From the NCBI GenBank assembly GCA_030648055.1, contig JAUSHI010000009.1, forward strand, positions 47,722 through 111,721: 64,000 nucleotides of DNA. Reading direction: 5' to 3'. Numbering within the stretch: position 1 is the stretch's first letter; each line of letters opens with the position of its first letter. The translations under genes and the position numbers were made by a program. The notes beneath the pieces are model-generated. The model was given only the letters and a program-made list of their open reading frames with translations, ran no database searches and had not been told where the DNA came from. Source of the DNA: a bacterium. Its GTDB lineage: Bacteria; Patescibacteriota; Minisyncoccia; Sungbacterales; SURF-37. Shown here piece by piece: positions 19,116-27,890 of the stretch.

Positions 19116-20485
19116 GCTTAAAGTGGTTTGCTAAAAAAATTATAATTTCAGCTCCTTTTTCTGTGGAGTATTCTTCGGAATATGTTCCATCTATTATCAA
19201 ATCAACCGCCAAAAGGGTTGATTTTTTATTGCAAAATTGGGCCTTGACCCAATCTGATTCTTTTTCCGGGGAAGAATGGCGTAAAATTCAGCTTATTAAA
19301 CTGAAGAAATTGTTGATTCATGCCAGAGAGGGTGTGCCTTCTTGGGATGATCTTTTTAAAAAGATCGGTTTTATTCCAGAAAAATTTGAACGATTTGAAG
19401 ACTTGCGACACATTCCGGTGATTACCCGCGCCGATATAAAAAAAATCCCGATTGAAGCTCTTACTGCCAAAAACATTCCTCGCTGGCGTTTTAAAGAAGC
19501 AGTGACATCGGGTTCTACAGGAGAGCCGCTGAAATTTTTTCAAGACCTCCGCGATAACTTACGGCGAGAGGTAAACACCTTTCATGAATTAAGATACGCT
19601 GGTGTTTCTTATCGCGATAATATAGTGGTATTGGATTTGGATAAGCATAATGATTTGAACAATTTCGGCAAGCGATTCAGCAGTATTGAGTGGGGCGACA
19701 GCAAATTCAGGCAATCCGTCATTTACCCTTATCTGAAATTAAAGCCGGCGGTGCTTATCGCCAACGGAAGCAATTTGAGAAGATTTTTATTTTTAATCCG
19801 GCAGGAAGCTCCAGACACAATTTTTAAAACTTTAATGTACCGGGGCGAGCACATAAGCAAGTCGGAGCGTAATAATATTTCCCGATTTTTTAAATGTCCA
19901 ATTTTTACCTGTTACGGCAGTCGGGAAACTTCACTTTTAGGAATTGAATGCGAATATCACAAATTACATTTAGCGCCGTGGATGAGTTATTTTGAAGTTG
20001 TATCGGACAGCGAACAAACCGTCCCCGAAGGCGATGAAGGCAATGTGGTTGTAACTTTTTTTGAAAATTTTGTTATGCCGTTTATGAGGTATAAAATTGG
20101 CGATAGGGCGATAATAAATACCGAATCGTGTTCTTGCGGCCGAAAATCAAAAACAATTAATTTTTTTGGGCGGGAGTCGGAATTTATTAAATTTCCGGAT
20201 TCCAATAAAAGCTTATCAATTCTTAGTTTGACGCGTCGCGTCGATGAAAATTATTGTAATAGTATTGGGCAGTATCAGTTTGAATTGATAGGCGAAAGGC
20301 TGATAGTATTTCGTTACGTTCCAGTTTCAGCAGTAAATGAAACGGAAAAGAATAATTTAAGCGGTTTGCTGGAAAAGGCTTTGGGGCATCAGTTTCGCAT
20401 TGTGCTGGAAGAAGTGGCGGCAATAAATCCATTAGCCGACGGCAAAACCCCAATTTTAATAAGAAATAAGCCGCGCAATTTGTAA
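19112..20485 (+). CDS. PaaK/CapK-like adenylate-forming enzyme, paralog 2
   Basis: TSGSTGEP motif. The overall architecture is collinear with the 12103..13401 product. Confidence 0.75.
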   Translation: MSLKWFAKKIIISAPFSVEYSSEYVPSIIKSTAKRVDFLLQNWALTQSDSFSGEEWRKIQLIKLKKLLIHAREGVPSWDDLFKKIGFIPEKFERFEDLRHIPVITRADIKKIPIEALTAKNIPRWRFKEAVTSGSTGEPLKFFQDLRDNLRREVNTFHELRYAGVSYRDNIVVLDLDKHNDLNNFGKRFSSIEWGDSKFRQSVIYPYLKLKPAVLIANGSNLRRFLFLIRQEAPDTIFKTLMYRGEHISKSERNNISRFFKCPIFTCYGSRETSLLGIECEYHKLHLAPWMSYFEVVSDSEQTVPEGDEGNVVVTFFENFVMPFMRYKIGDRAIINTESCSCGRKSKTINFFGRESEFIKFPDSNKSLSILSLTRRVDENYCNSIGQYQFELIGERLIVFRYVPVSAVNETEKNNLSGLLEKALGHQFRIVLEEVAAINPLADGKTPILIRNKPRNL

Positions 20486-20684
20486 CGCCATGAATGAATT
20501 ATTTCTAAAACTAAAAATTATCAACGCCTTGGCCAGAATTGTCTTGAAGGGGGAAAATACCGGAGATTTTATGTTAGGCAAGCCGGTCCAGATTTTTGAA
20601 CGATCTTTATTTGATTAAGTTTTAATCCCACGAGAACGAGTGTCTCATCCTTCTGACTAATTATTTATTAACAAAAGAAAATAT

Positions 20685-21658
20685 ATGTCAATAGCAGGAC
20701 CTCAATACTCCATAGTTATTCCAACTTATAATCGCGCCAAAACTCTCGCTTTAACCCTAAATTCTGTTTGCCAACAAACCCTTTCGCCTGAAAAATATGA
20801 GATCTTGGTGGTTGATGACGGATCATCGGATAACACTAAAGAAGTTGTTTTACATATCCAAAAAAATATTCTCACTGCGGTATCCTTTATTTCCATGAAC
20901 AAACCGGCGGTCCCGCTAAGGCCAGGAACTTGGGCATCAAAGAATCCAAAGGCGAAATTATATTTTTTACCGATGACGACTGCATAGTGCCGCCGGACTG
21001 GATGGCAACGCTTTTAGACGGATATAAGAGACATACGGAGGTTGTCGGGGTGGGGGGATGGCATATACCGCCGGATGGAGAACTTGAAAAAAGCGCTACC
21101 TCGCGATATACCCATTATGAAAGTTTTTATCACGACCGTTTTAACCAATCTCTTATATTTTATGAGGTTTTGACTAATAATCCTGTTATGTTTTTTGGAA
21201 CTTTCGCTTATAACACGGCGAATATATGCTATAAAAAGGAAATATTGCGAAAGGTCGGCGGTTTCAAAGAAGATTTTTACTGGCCCGGAAGCGAAGATAA
21301 CGACCTTGCCTTTAGAGTCGCGCAAGCCGGGTACTGTCTGCTTTATCTGCCATTTAATGTAATCCATTCAAAAGCCATGAATTTGTTAGAATTTATGAAA
21401 CTCCATTTCCGCCGAGGGGCCAATGGTTACTTTTTGCGTACTATGCATGTTGATATTCTCAAAAAACAAAACCCCGGATTTATTAAAGATTATGGTTCGA
21501 TAAAATATTTTATCCATCATCTCAATGGTCCGGAAAAGTTTTTGGCATTTTTGGAATGGCTTAGTTTAAACGCTGGCATTATGTATATGAAAAATAAATT
21601 AACCGAACGCGACAAGCCAGTACTTTCCAAACCAGAGGAAAAAATTAGTAACGATTGA
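20685..21658 (+). pseudogene. GT2 family glycosyltransferase, interrupted by a -1 frameshift at an A7 tract (~20859-20865)
   Basis: ORF 20685..20987 carries IVIPTYNRAKTL...LVVDDGSSDNT. The next frame carries FHEQTGGPAKARNLGIKESKGEIIFFTDDDC. Changing A7 to A8 fuses them into one intact GT2. Confidence 0.6.
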
Positions 21659-22720
21659 AACAAAAGAAAAGCGGACCATGTCCGGAATGGACTTTGAAAA
21701 TAAAGGCGGTTGGCTTCTGCTTGTAAAAATAATTTTGGAATCGTTTATGGTCCGTTTTAAAAAAAATAAAAAATCTGGGTTTTGGCGAATATCCGGATGC
21801 AGTAAATATAGAAAATGCCAATCTAAGCCCTGAAGAAGGCACTTTTTTATGTGAATGCCAAGCGAAAAATCCGCGAAATGCTTTACCATTTTCGGTTCGT
21901 ATAAAAGTTTTAATCCTAATTTACGCGCTCTTATTTTAAATTCCATAAAGCCGACATGCTTAAAATACGGATTGAATCCGCCCAACTTTTCAAAAATTTC
22001 TCTACGGTAGCAAACATTGGCGGTTAAGCCGCATTGATTATTTAGAATATCAAAGTTTTTTGTGCGAACATGCGTGCGGTAAAAATGCTTCCACATTGTA
22101 AACCGGTGATAAATATCAAGGGGGGGTTTTATCGGCCAAGGTTCTTTAAATCCGCCGACTCCGGCGATTTCCGGGTTGGCTTCCAGTTCTCGCTTGAATT
22201 CAAAAAGCCAGTCTGGCGGGACAATACAGTCGTCGTCGGTAAAGGCGAGCAAATTTCCCTGCGAATTTAAAACGGCGACATTTCGCGCTAAATCGGCGCC
22301 GTAATTTTTTTTTAATTTGATATAAACCATACTCGTCTGTCTATTTTGATCCGCAAAATCCTCCACCGCTTTTTCGGTCTTATCTTTTGAACCGTTATCA
22401 ATTATTACTATCTCAAATTCATCCAAAGAAATATTCTTCTGCCCTATTACGGCGTTAACGGTTTTTAAAAGCAGGTCGCGGCGATTATAAGTTGGAACGA
22501 TTATACTAAATAGAACAACGTTTTTTTTATTAGAGCCGAATTTTGTGACATTCTCAATGTAAGAAGTATAATCATCGCGCAAAAAATTGTTATCCTCGGG
22601 AGGAGTTTCCCCGTAAAAAAATTCAATCAGTTCACGATAGGAGGTATTGTCCTGCTCTATACGACAAATAATGCGCAGAGTTTTTAAAAAATTAGACGAC
22701 ATGTTGATAATAACTTTCAT
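21599..22720 (-). CDS. GT2 family glycosyltransferase
   Basis: FSIIVPTYNRRDLL...VIIDNGSKDKT and ...FTDDDCIVPPDW. There is an N-terminal extension of about 65 aa. Confidence 0.8.
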   Translation of the reverse strand: MKVIINMSSNFLKTLRIICRIEQDNTSYRELIEFFYGETPPEDNNFLRDDYTSYIENVTKFGSNKKNVVLFSIIVPTYNRRDLLLKTVNAVIGQKNISLDEFEIVIIDNGSKDKTEKAVEDFADQNRQTSMVYIKLKKNYGADLARNVAVLNSQGNLLAFTDDDCIVPPDWLFEFKRELEANPEIAGVGGFKEPWPIKPPLDIYHRFTMWKHFYRTHVRTKNFDILNNQCGLTANVCYRREIFEKLGGFNPYFKHVGFMEFKIRARKLGLKLLYEPKMVKHFADFSLGIHIKKCLLQGLDWHFLYLLHPDIRQNPDFLFFLKRTINDSKIIFTSRSQPPLFSKSIPDMVRFSFVSIVTNFFLWFGKYWLVAFG

Positions 22721-23567
22721 AATCTTCTTTTAATCCTGAAAATAAAGGTTGAAATTTTAATCCCAGCGCTTTAATTTTGCTGTTGTCGCATATCATATTT
22801 TCATTGGCAAAAGGGAACTCTTCTTTGTCAAAATTTTTTCCGGCGGCAGGCGGATTGAACCGCAAAACTGGATCCTTACCGGAGATTTTTCCCATCATCT
22901 TCACCAAATCAATAAGTGTTATTGTTTCGTCTCCGGCGCAGTTAAATGCGCCGACAGCGCGTTTTTCCGCAATCGCCGCGATTGCTTCGGCTACTTCTTC
23001 GGCAAACACAAATTGAATTTTGGCTTGACCATCGCCTGGTAAAATAAGCGGCCGGTTATTTTGAATTCGTGTATAGATAAAGCGTTCGCGGTTCTGATAA
23101 TTTTTTGGTCCTAAAATATAGACCGGACGAAACGAGGCATATTTTATTCCGCTTTCTTCAAGAACTTTTTCGCACCCAGCCTTGCCCCTGCCGTAGTTGC
23201 CCCAAATCGGCCAATCGCCTACGGGAGAAAGTTCGGTTAATGGAAACAAATGGGGTTTTTTATAAACCGCGGCGGTGCTAAAATGTAAAAAGAAGTCAAA
23301 ACGCAATTCCCGTATAGCGTTTTCGGTTTGCGCTTCGCTGTAAGCGCACATATCTATCACTGTATCAAAGCGCTCTTTCAGATTGTATCCTCTGTTTCTG
23401 TCACCTGTTACAAAACGCGCTTTCGCCGGATATTCTAACTGTATCAATCCGCGATTAAATATAGTTAAATTATGTCCGCGGTTTAACAGAAGTTCTACGA
23501 GATAGGGCCCCACAAAACGCGAGCCGCCGATTATTAAAATATTTTGCTTGTCAGGAGAGGTCATCAT
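22692..23567 (-). CDS. NAD-dependent epimerase/dehydratase (extended SDR)
   Basis: ILIIGGSRFVGPYLVELLLNRGH Rossmann motif. Confidence 0.8.
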   Translation of the reverse strand: MMTSPDKQNILIIGGSRFVGPYLVELLLNRGHNLTIFNRGLIQLEYPAKARFVTGDRNRGYNLKERFDTVIDMCAYSEAQTENAIRELRFDFFLHFSTAAVYKKPHLFPLTELSPVGDWPIWGNYGRGKAGCEKVLEESGIKYASFRPVYILGPKNYQNRERFIYTRIQNNRPLILPGDGQAKIQFVFAEEVAEAIAAIAEKRAVGAFNCAGDETITLIDLVKMMGKISGKDPVLRFNPPAAGKNFDKEEFPFANENMICDNSKIKALGLKFQPLFSGLKEDYESYYQHVV

Positions 23568-23573
23568 ATCATT

Positions 23574-23664
23574 GTGTATAACACATTTGCCAAGACGCTG
23601 AAAATAGTTGTATTATTATAGTGTATAACACATTTGCCAAGACGCTGAAAATAGTTGTATTATT
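23574..23664. repeat. Perfect tandem direct repeat, 2 x 44 bp separated by 3 bp, each unit promoter-like (TTGCCA-18-TATTAT)
   Basis: gtgtataacacatttgccaagacgctgaaaatagttgtattatt occurs at 23574..23617 and again at 23621..23664, in the divergent intergenic region between the epimerase and ORF 23695. Confidence 0.85.
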
Positions 23665-23694
23665 GTAAATATAAAAAATAAATTTTTAACTATT

Positions 23695-25149
23695 GTGAAA
23701 AACCTTTTTAATTCTCTTAAGTTTATTTTTAGAGCGTTTCTTTTAGTTATTATCTTACTGTTTGGCTGGGCGTTTATTAATGTCGCCAATTTAATCAAGG
23801 GCAAAAAAACGCCGGACAAAGATTCTTTGTCCGCCAACCCGTTTGGGGCGGATGAAGCAAGGGCTGACACTCCGGGAGGAGGGGGTTTTTCTTCTTGCCC
23901 TTTTCTCGCTTGTTTTAATGGAAAAGAATACAAATTAGAAAATGATATTCTTTTTGGAAGACCAAAGAGCTACTGGCCTACATACGAAACAGCCAAAGCC
24001 ATGTACGAAGATGGCCGTATAAGCCCCGATCTTTACAAAATCACCAGCCCAATAAGGCCCCATAATAATAAATTGCTTTTTCAAATTCAGGAAATAGAAC
24101 CGGAAGAAAGTTTCTTTAAGCAACTTCGTTTAAAAAGAGTTTTACATCCCCAAAATACGGAAGTCATCGTGGACTCTGAATTTAAGAAGTATTACGTTCT
24201 CCCCCAAACCGAATTTCTAAAAAGCATTATTCTTCCATCGCTTGTAAAAAATGCTGATAAAAAAGATGTGGCGGTAAGTTTTAGTTTAGGCCGGGTCTTT
24301 GTAAGCGATACGGAAGGGGACGATGGAATTAAATTTCAAAAAAACGAAGAGTTTTATTTTTATTTTAAAGACCTAAATCCTAAAGAGACTTCCCATCTTT
24401 TACTGTCTTCATTTAATCGTGACTGGCAGTTAGGATATCAAGAAGAATGGGTTGCCAACCCCCAGTTTAATATTCGCGCACTTATTAGCCGTTTAGATTT
24501 TGCGCGTGTTGGGGTCGGAGTCGCGTTACTAATTGGTGCTTGGATATCGGGAAAATGGGGTTCTGTTGCGACCGCTGCGGTATTGAGCCCTTTTTTTATC
24601 GGAGCAGGGCAAGCGGGTTGCTCATTTATAATTGAATATAAAGATAGGGACGAAACCTATTCAAGAGTAGCGGTTACTGAAGCAAGGGCATGGAAATACA
24701 ATACGGAAATTATTGAAATTCCTCGGGACAGTATTACGCCAAGTGGTGAGCTTGAGTTAAGAATAAAGTCGTCAAAAAGACATGTTCTTGGTTTCGCTGG
24801 GATATCTCAAAAAATAGAGTCGCTTAATAATAAAAATTATCAAGAAGAAATATTACCGTTAATTACAGCCGAGCATAGTAGATTACGAAAAGACGTTTCG
24901 GGCGACCTTAAGAGTAGAGAGGGATCGTATGTTCATACAATACCGGGCGATACGATTAATCTTGAGTTTAGTGTTCCGGAAAGTTTGGTTTCCGATGAAA
25001 ACAAGGAAACATATCTTATTCAGTCATCCGGTTTTTACACATCCCTTAGGCCGGAAAATATGAAGCTCGCCGGCAATTGGAAAGAAAAAATCTCTCAAGA
25101 GGCAAAAGAACGTCTTGAAAAACTTGTTTCGCTAAGTTCTTATAAATAA
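23695..25149 (+). CDS. Hypothetical membrane/extracytoplasmic protein (N-terminal TM plus an internal hydrophobic segment), unknown function
   Basis: GTG start, TM helix FLLVIILLFGWAFINVANLI. No recognisable catalytic motifs. Confidence 0.4.
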   Translation: MKNLFNSLKFIFRAFLLVIILLFGWAFINVANLIKGKKTPDKDSLSANPFGADEARADTPGGGGFSSCPFLACFNGKEYKLENDILFGRPKSYWPTYETAKAMYEDGRISPDLYKITSPIRPHNNKLLFQIQEIEPEESFFKQLRLKRVLHPQNTEVIVDSEFKKYYVLPQTEFLKSIILPSLVKNADKKDVAVSFSLGRVFVSDTEGDDGIKFQKNEEFYFYFKDLNPKETSHLLLSSFNRDWQLGYQEEWVANPQFNIRALISRLDFARVGVGVALLIGAWISGKWGSVATAAVLSPFFIGAGQAGCSFIIEYKDRDETYSRVAVTEARAWKYNTEIIEIPRDSITPSGELELRIKSSKRHVLGFAGISQKIESLNNKNYQEEILPLITAEHSRLRKDVSGDLKSREGSYVHTIPGDTINLEFSVPESLVSDENKETYLIQSSGFYTSLRPENMKLAGNWKEKISQEAKERLEKLVSLSSYK

Positions 25150-25174
25150 ATTTATTTTTAGTTTAGATATTGCT

Positions 25175-26251
25175 ATGAAAGAATGGCTAATAAATAAAAA
25201 GTTTATTGTAATTTTAGTAGCTTTAGCGGTTTTGTTTTTGGCCGCTTTTTGGGGGGCGCGCTTTGCCGCTTCTTATTATTACGAAAAAGGCGCGGGGATG
25301 TTTTTACAAAATAATTTTGAAGCTGCTAAAAGTAACTTTACCACGTCTTTAATATTTAATTCTAAAAATCCCAAAACCCATTATTTTCTCGGGAAAATAG
25401 CTTTAGGCCCGCCAGTACCCAGACAACTTGTTTACCATCCTCGGGCCGATTATAAAGAAGCGGTTAAACATTACGACAAAGCGATGTTATTCGGTCTTGA
25501 GCAAAAAAACCAGAATTTATATAAAGTCGCTCTTGATGATTTAGGCAACGCGTATTGGAATTTAAATGAGCTGGACAAGGCGCGCGAAAAATATTCTGAA
25601 AAATTATCAAAATTTCCAGAATCATCTTTTTGGGCGAGGTATTTTATCGCGTGGGACGACTTTTACCGTCTTAACAAGCCAGAAGAGGCTTTAGAAATAT
25701 TGCCGACCACTTTAAGTATTACAATGTCAGACAACGATAGATGGAATCTTTTTAGAATTCATGTGCTTTTATCTCGTCTCAATTTATATTTTGGCAATTA
25801 CGCCAACGCCATAAAATACGCCAAATTGGTTATTGAAAATGTTGAGCCCGAAAACAAATATGAAGGAATTCAGGCCGCTCATGCGCTTTTAGCAGTTGAT
25901 TATGGCCGCCAGAAAAATTTTTCTTTAGCCGAAGGCGAAGTAAAAAAGGCCAACGATTTAGCTGGAGTGATCGGCGCTTACAATTGTTCTCTCGCAGTGG
26001 CTTATATCAGCGGTGAAAATTATCTCAAAGCAATTTTAATAGCCGAAAAAACGGATAAGACCGCTCTGACTTATATAAATTCTCTCTGTATTCAGTCTTT
26101 GGCTATTTCTTATTTAGCGAAAGGCGACAAAATTAACGCCAAGAAGTATCTTGAAGAGTATTTGAATTTTACTGAAAAATTATCGGAAAAAAATATTTTT
26201 GTAATGCGCAATCGCCAACAATTTTCTGACGAGCTTTTGAAATTAAAATGA
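25175..26251 (+). CDS. Membrane-anchored TPR-repeat protein
   Basis: N-terminal TM followed by multiple TPR-like helix pairs (AxxxYxxAl...). Confidence 0.6.
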   Translation: MKEWLINKKFIVILVALAVLFLAAFWGARFAASYYYEKGAGMFLQNNFEAAKSNFTTSLIFNSKNPKTHYFLGKIALGPPVPRQLVYHPRADYKEAVKHYDKAMLFGLEQKNQNLYKVALDDLGNAYWNLNELDKAREKYSEKLSKFPESSFWARYFIAWDDFYRLNKPEEALEILPTTLSITMSDNDRWNLFRIHVLLSRLNLYFGNYANAIKYAKLVIENVEPENKYEGIQAAHALLAVDYGRQKNFSLAEGEVKKANDLAGVIGAYNCSLAVAYISGENYLKAILIAEKTDKTALTYINSLCIQSLAISYLAKGDKINAKKYLEEYLNFTEKLSEKNIFVMRNRQQFSDELLKLK

Positions 26252-27039
26252 CTTATTTAAAAACTAAAAAAGGGCCTCTCTGGTTTTCAATCGGAGCAGT
26301 GGTTATTTTTTCATTTTTTCTTTCACGGGACAGCTTAGCTCGTTTTGCTTGGCAAAAATACCACAGCGCAAATCTCGCGTTTTTTTTAGATCACGGCGAT
26401 GCTGATTTAGCTCTTAAAATAGGCAATTACTATTTTAATGTTTATAAAGACGGTGTGTATGACCTTAATAAGGCGAAAAAATATTTTAATAAAGCGCTGG
26501 AAATTGACCCTAAAACGCCGGATGCCTGGCATCAGCTAGCAAGAATTGATTTTTTGAAAGGCGATTTTACTTTGGCTCTTGAAAAAATAAATAAACAAAT
26601 AGAAATCCACGGCGACTCGTTCATGGCATCTTTTTATATTCGCGGACTTATTGAGGGGTACGCCGGCGACTTTGATCAAGCCGAAAAAGATTTTAAAAAG
26701 TTCATTGAATGGGACCGGCAGAATTGGGCGGCCCTAAACGATCTTGCTTGGATTTATTTTAAAAAAGGCGATTACAAAAATGCCGAAAATATGGCAGAAA
26801 TCGGCCTTAAAATTGCCCCTCAAAATCCATGGCTTTTAACGGTTTTTGGCGTATCTATGCTCAACCAAAACCAAAAAGAAGAAGCTAAAAAAGCCTTTAT
26901 TCAGGCTAAAATCAATGCCAATTTATTAACGGAAGCGGACTGGCACAAAGCCTATCCAGGCAATGATCCTAAATCGGCGGGAAAAGGCCTTGAATCAATG
27001 AAAAAGATAATTGAATCTGACTTAAGTCTTATCCAGTAA
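26248..27039 (+). CDS. Membrane-anchored TPR-repeat protein
   Basis: N-terminal TM plus TPR units. It overlaps the upstream gene by 4 nt (ATGA). Confidence 0.6.
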   Translation: MTYLKTKKGPLWFSIGAVVIFSFFLSRDSLARFAWQKYHSANLAFFLDHGDADLALKIGNYYFNVYKDGVYDLNKAKKYFNKALEIDPKTPDAWHQLARIDFLKGDFTLALEKINKQIEIHGDSFMASFYIRGLIEGYAGDFDQAEKDFKKFIEWDRQNWAALNDLAWIYFKKGDYKNAENMAEIGLKIAPQNPWLLTVFGVSMLNQNQKEEAKKAFIQAKINANLLTEADWHKAYPGNDPKSAGKGLESMKKIIESDLSLIQ

Positions 27040-27116
27040 AATAAATTGTGTGAATAAATTAATTGTGGTTTACCCGCTATTTAATATATGATAGTTATAT
27101 GAGCTTTAATTTTAAA

Positions 27117-27743
27117 ATGACAAAAGAGGTTGTCCGTTTAGGAACGGTGCTGATTATTTTACTTTTAATTCTAAGCCTCGGCCAAATTAAAGGAAAAGTC
27201 GCTTACTTAGATACGGAATCCATTGAAACCGGCCAGTCTTTTGTTCAAACCGGCCCCGGAATCGGCGCTGTTATTCCGGCATCCTGTCCTTCTTACGCAC
27301 ATTGGGAGAGCGAATGTTGGCAACCTCCGGCTCCGGAGCCGGCACCACCTTCAGAGCCATCGCCTCCTCCACCCCCTCCTCCACCTCCCTCGCCCCCACC
27401 CCCTCCTTCAGCGCCGGTTATTGGACCTGGCTCAGGCGGCGGTAGCGGAGGTGGCGGAGGTGGCGTTGGCGGTGGCGGTGGAGCAGGAAGTTTTACCGTA
27501 ACTCCTACTGGTTCAATTAACCCCGGTGAATCGGCAACACTTTCATGGACGACAAGCAATGCAACTTCATGCTCTATTGACCAAGGGATTGGCGGAGTGC
27601 CCATAAACGGGAGCACAATTGTAAGTCCAATGACAACAACGACATACACTCTGACCTGCTCCGGCCCCGGAGGAGCGGCGCAGGCCACGGCGACGGTTAC
27701 TGTTTCCGGAATACCGCATTTTGAAGAAGTGGTGCCGGAGTAA
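27117..27743 (+). CDS. Cell-surface protein with a Pro-rich linker, a Gly-rich linker and a C-terminal Ig-like/PKD-like beta domain
   Basis: TM/signal segment VVRLGTVLIILLLILSLG. PPAPEPAPPSEPSPPPPPPPPPSPPPPPS, then GSGGGSGGGGGGVGGGGGAG, then SATLSWTTSNATSCS...TYTLTCSG. A start at 27117 is preferred. Confidence 0.5.
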   Translation: MTKEVVRLGTVLIILLLILSLGQIKGKVAYLDTESIETGQSFVQTGPGIGAVIPASCPSYAHWESECWQPPAPEPAPPSEPSPPPPPPPPPSPPPPPSAPVIGPGSGGGSGGGGGGVGGGGGAGSFTVTPTGSINPGESATLSWTTSNATSCSIDQGIGGVPINGSTIVSPMTTTTYTLTCSGPGGAAQATATVTVSGIPHFEEVVPE

Positions 27744-27754
27744 ATCCAAAGGCA

Positions 27755-27795
27755 AAACCATCCCTCCGCATTCATGCGGAGGGATGGTTTTGGAT
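27755..27795 (+). terminator. Strong rho-independent terminator (16-bp stem)
   Basis: aaaccatccctccgca-ttca-tgcggagggatggttt followed by a T-run. Confidence 0.7.
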
Positions 27796-27890
27796 TCAAG
27801 AGTCTCATAACCATAAACATTTCAGCATAAATTCCCGTTAAATGTGCTATCGCTTGCTAAAACGGCATTTGTTAGCTACTGTCAAACGTA

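Noticed and set aside
20930-21658. Independent TTG-initiated GT2 half-gene
   Set aside because: The upstream sequence in the same frame, with no start codon, already encodes conserved GT2 residues (ILYFHEQTGGPAKARN). It is therefore the 3' part of a frameshifted gene, not a separate gene.
23574-23664. Possible CRISPR array (direct repeats)
   Set aside because: There are only two identical 44-bp units separated by a 3-bp spacer, with no variable spacers of 25-40 bp and no cas genes. It is better explained as a duplicated promoter.
27340-27480. GC-rich low-complexity DNA (cctcct... / ggcggtggc...) as a noncoding satellite or repeat
   Set aside because: It is in frame within ORF 27117..27743 and encodes Pro-rich and Gly-rich linkers.
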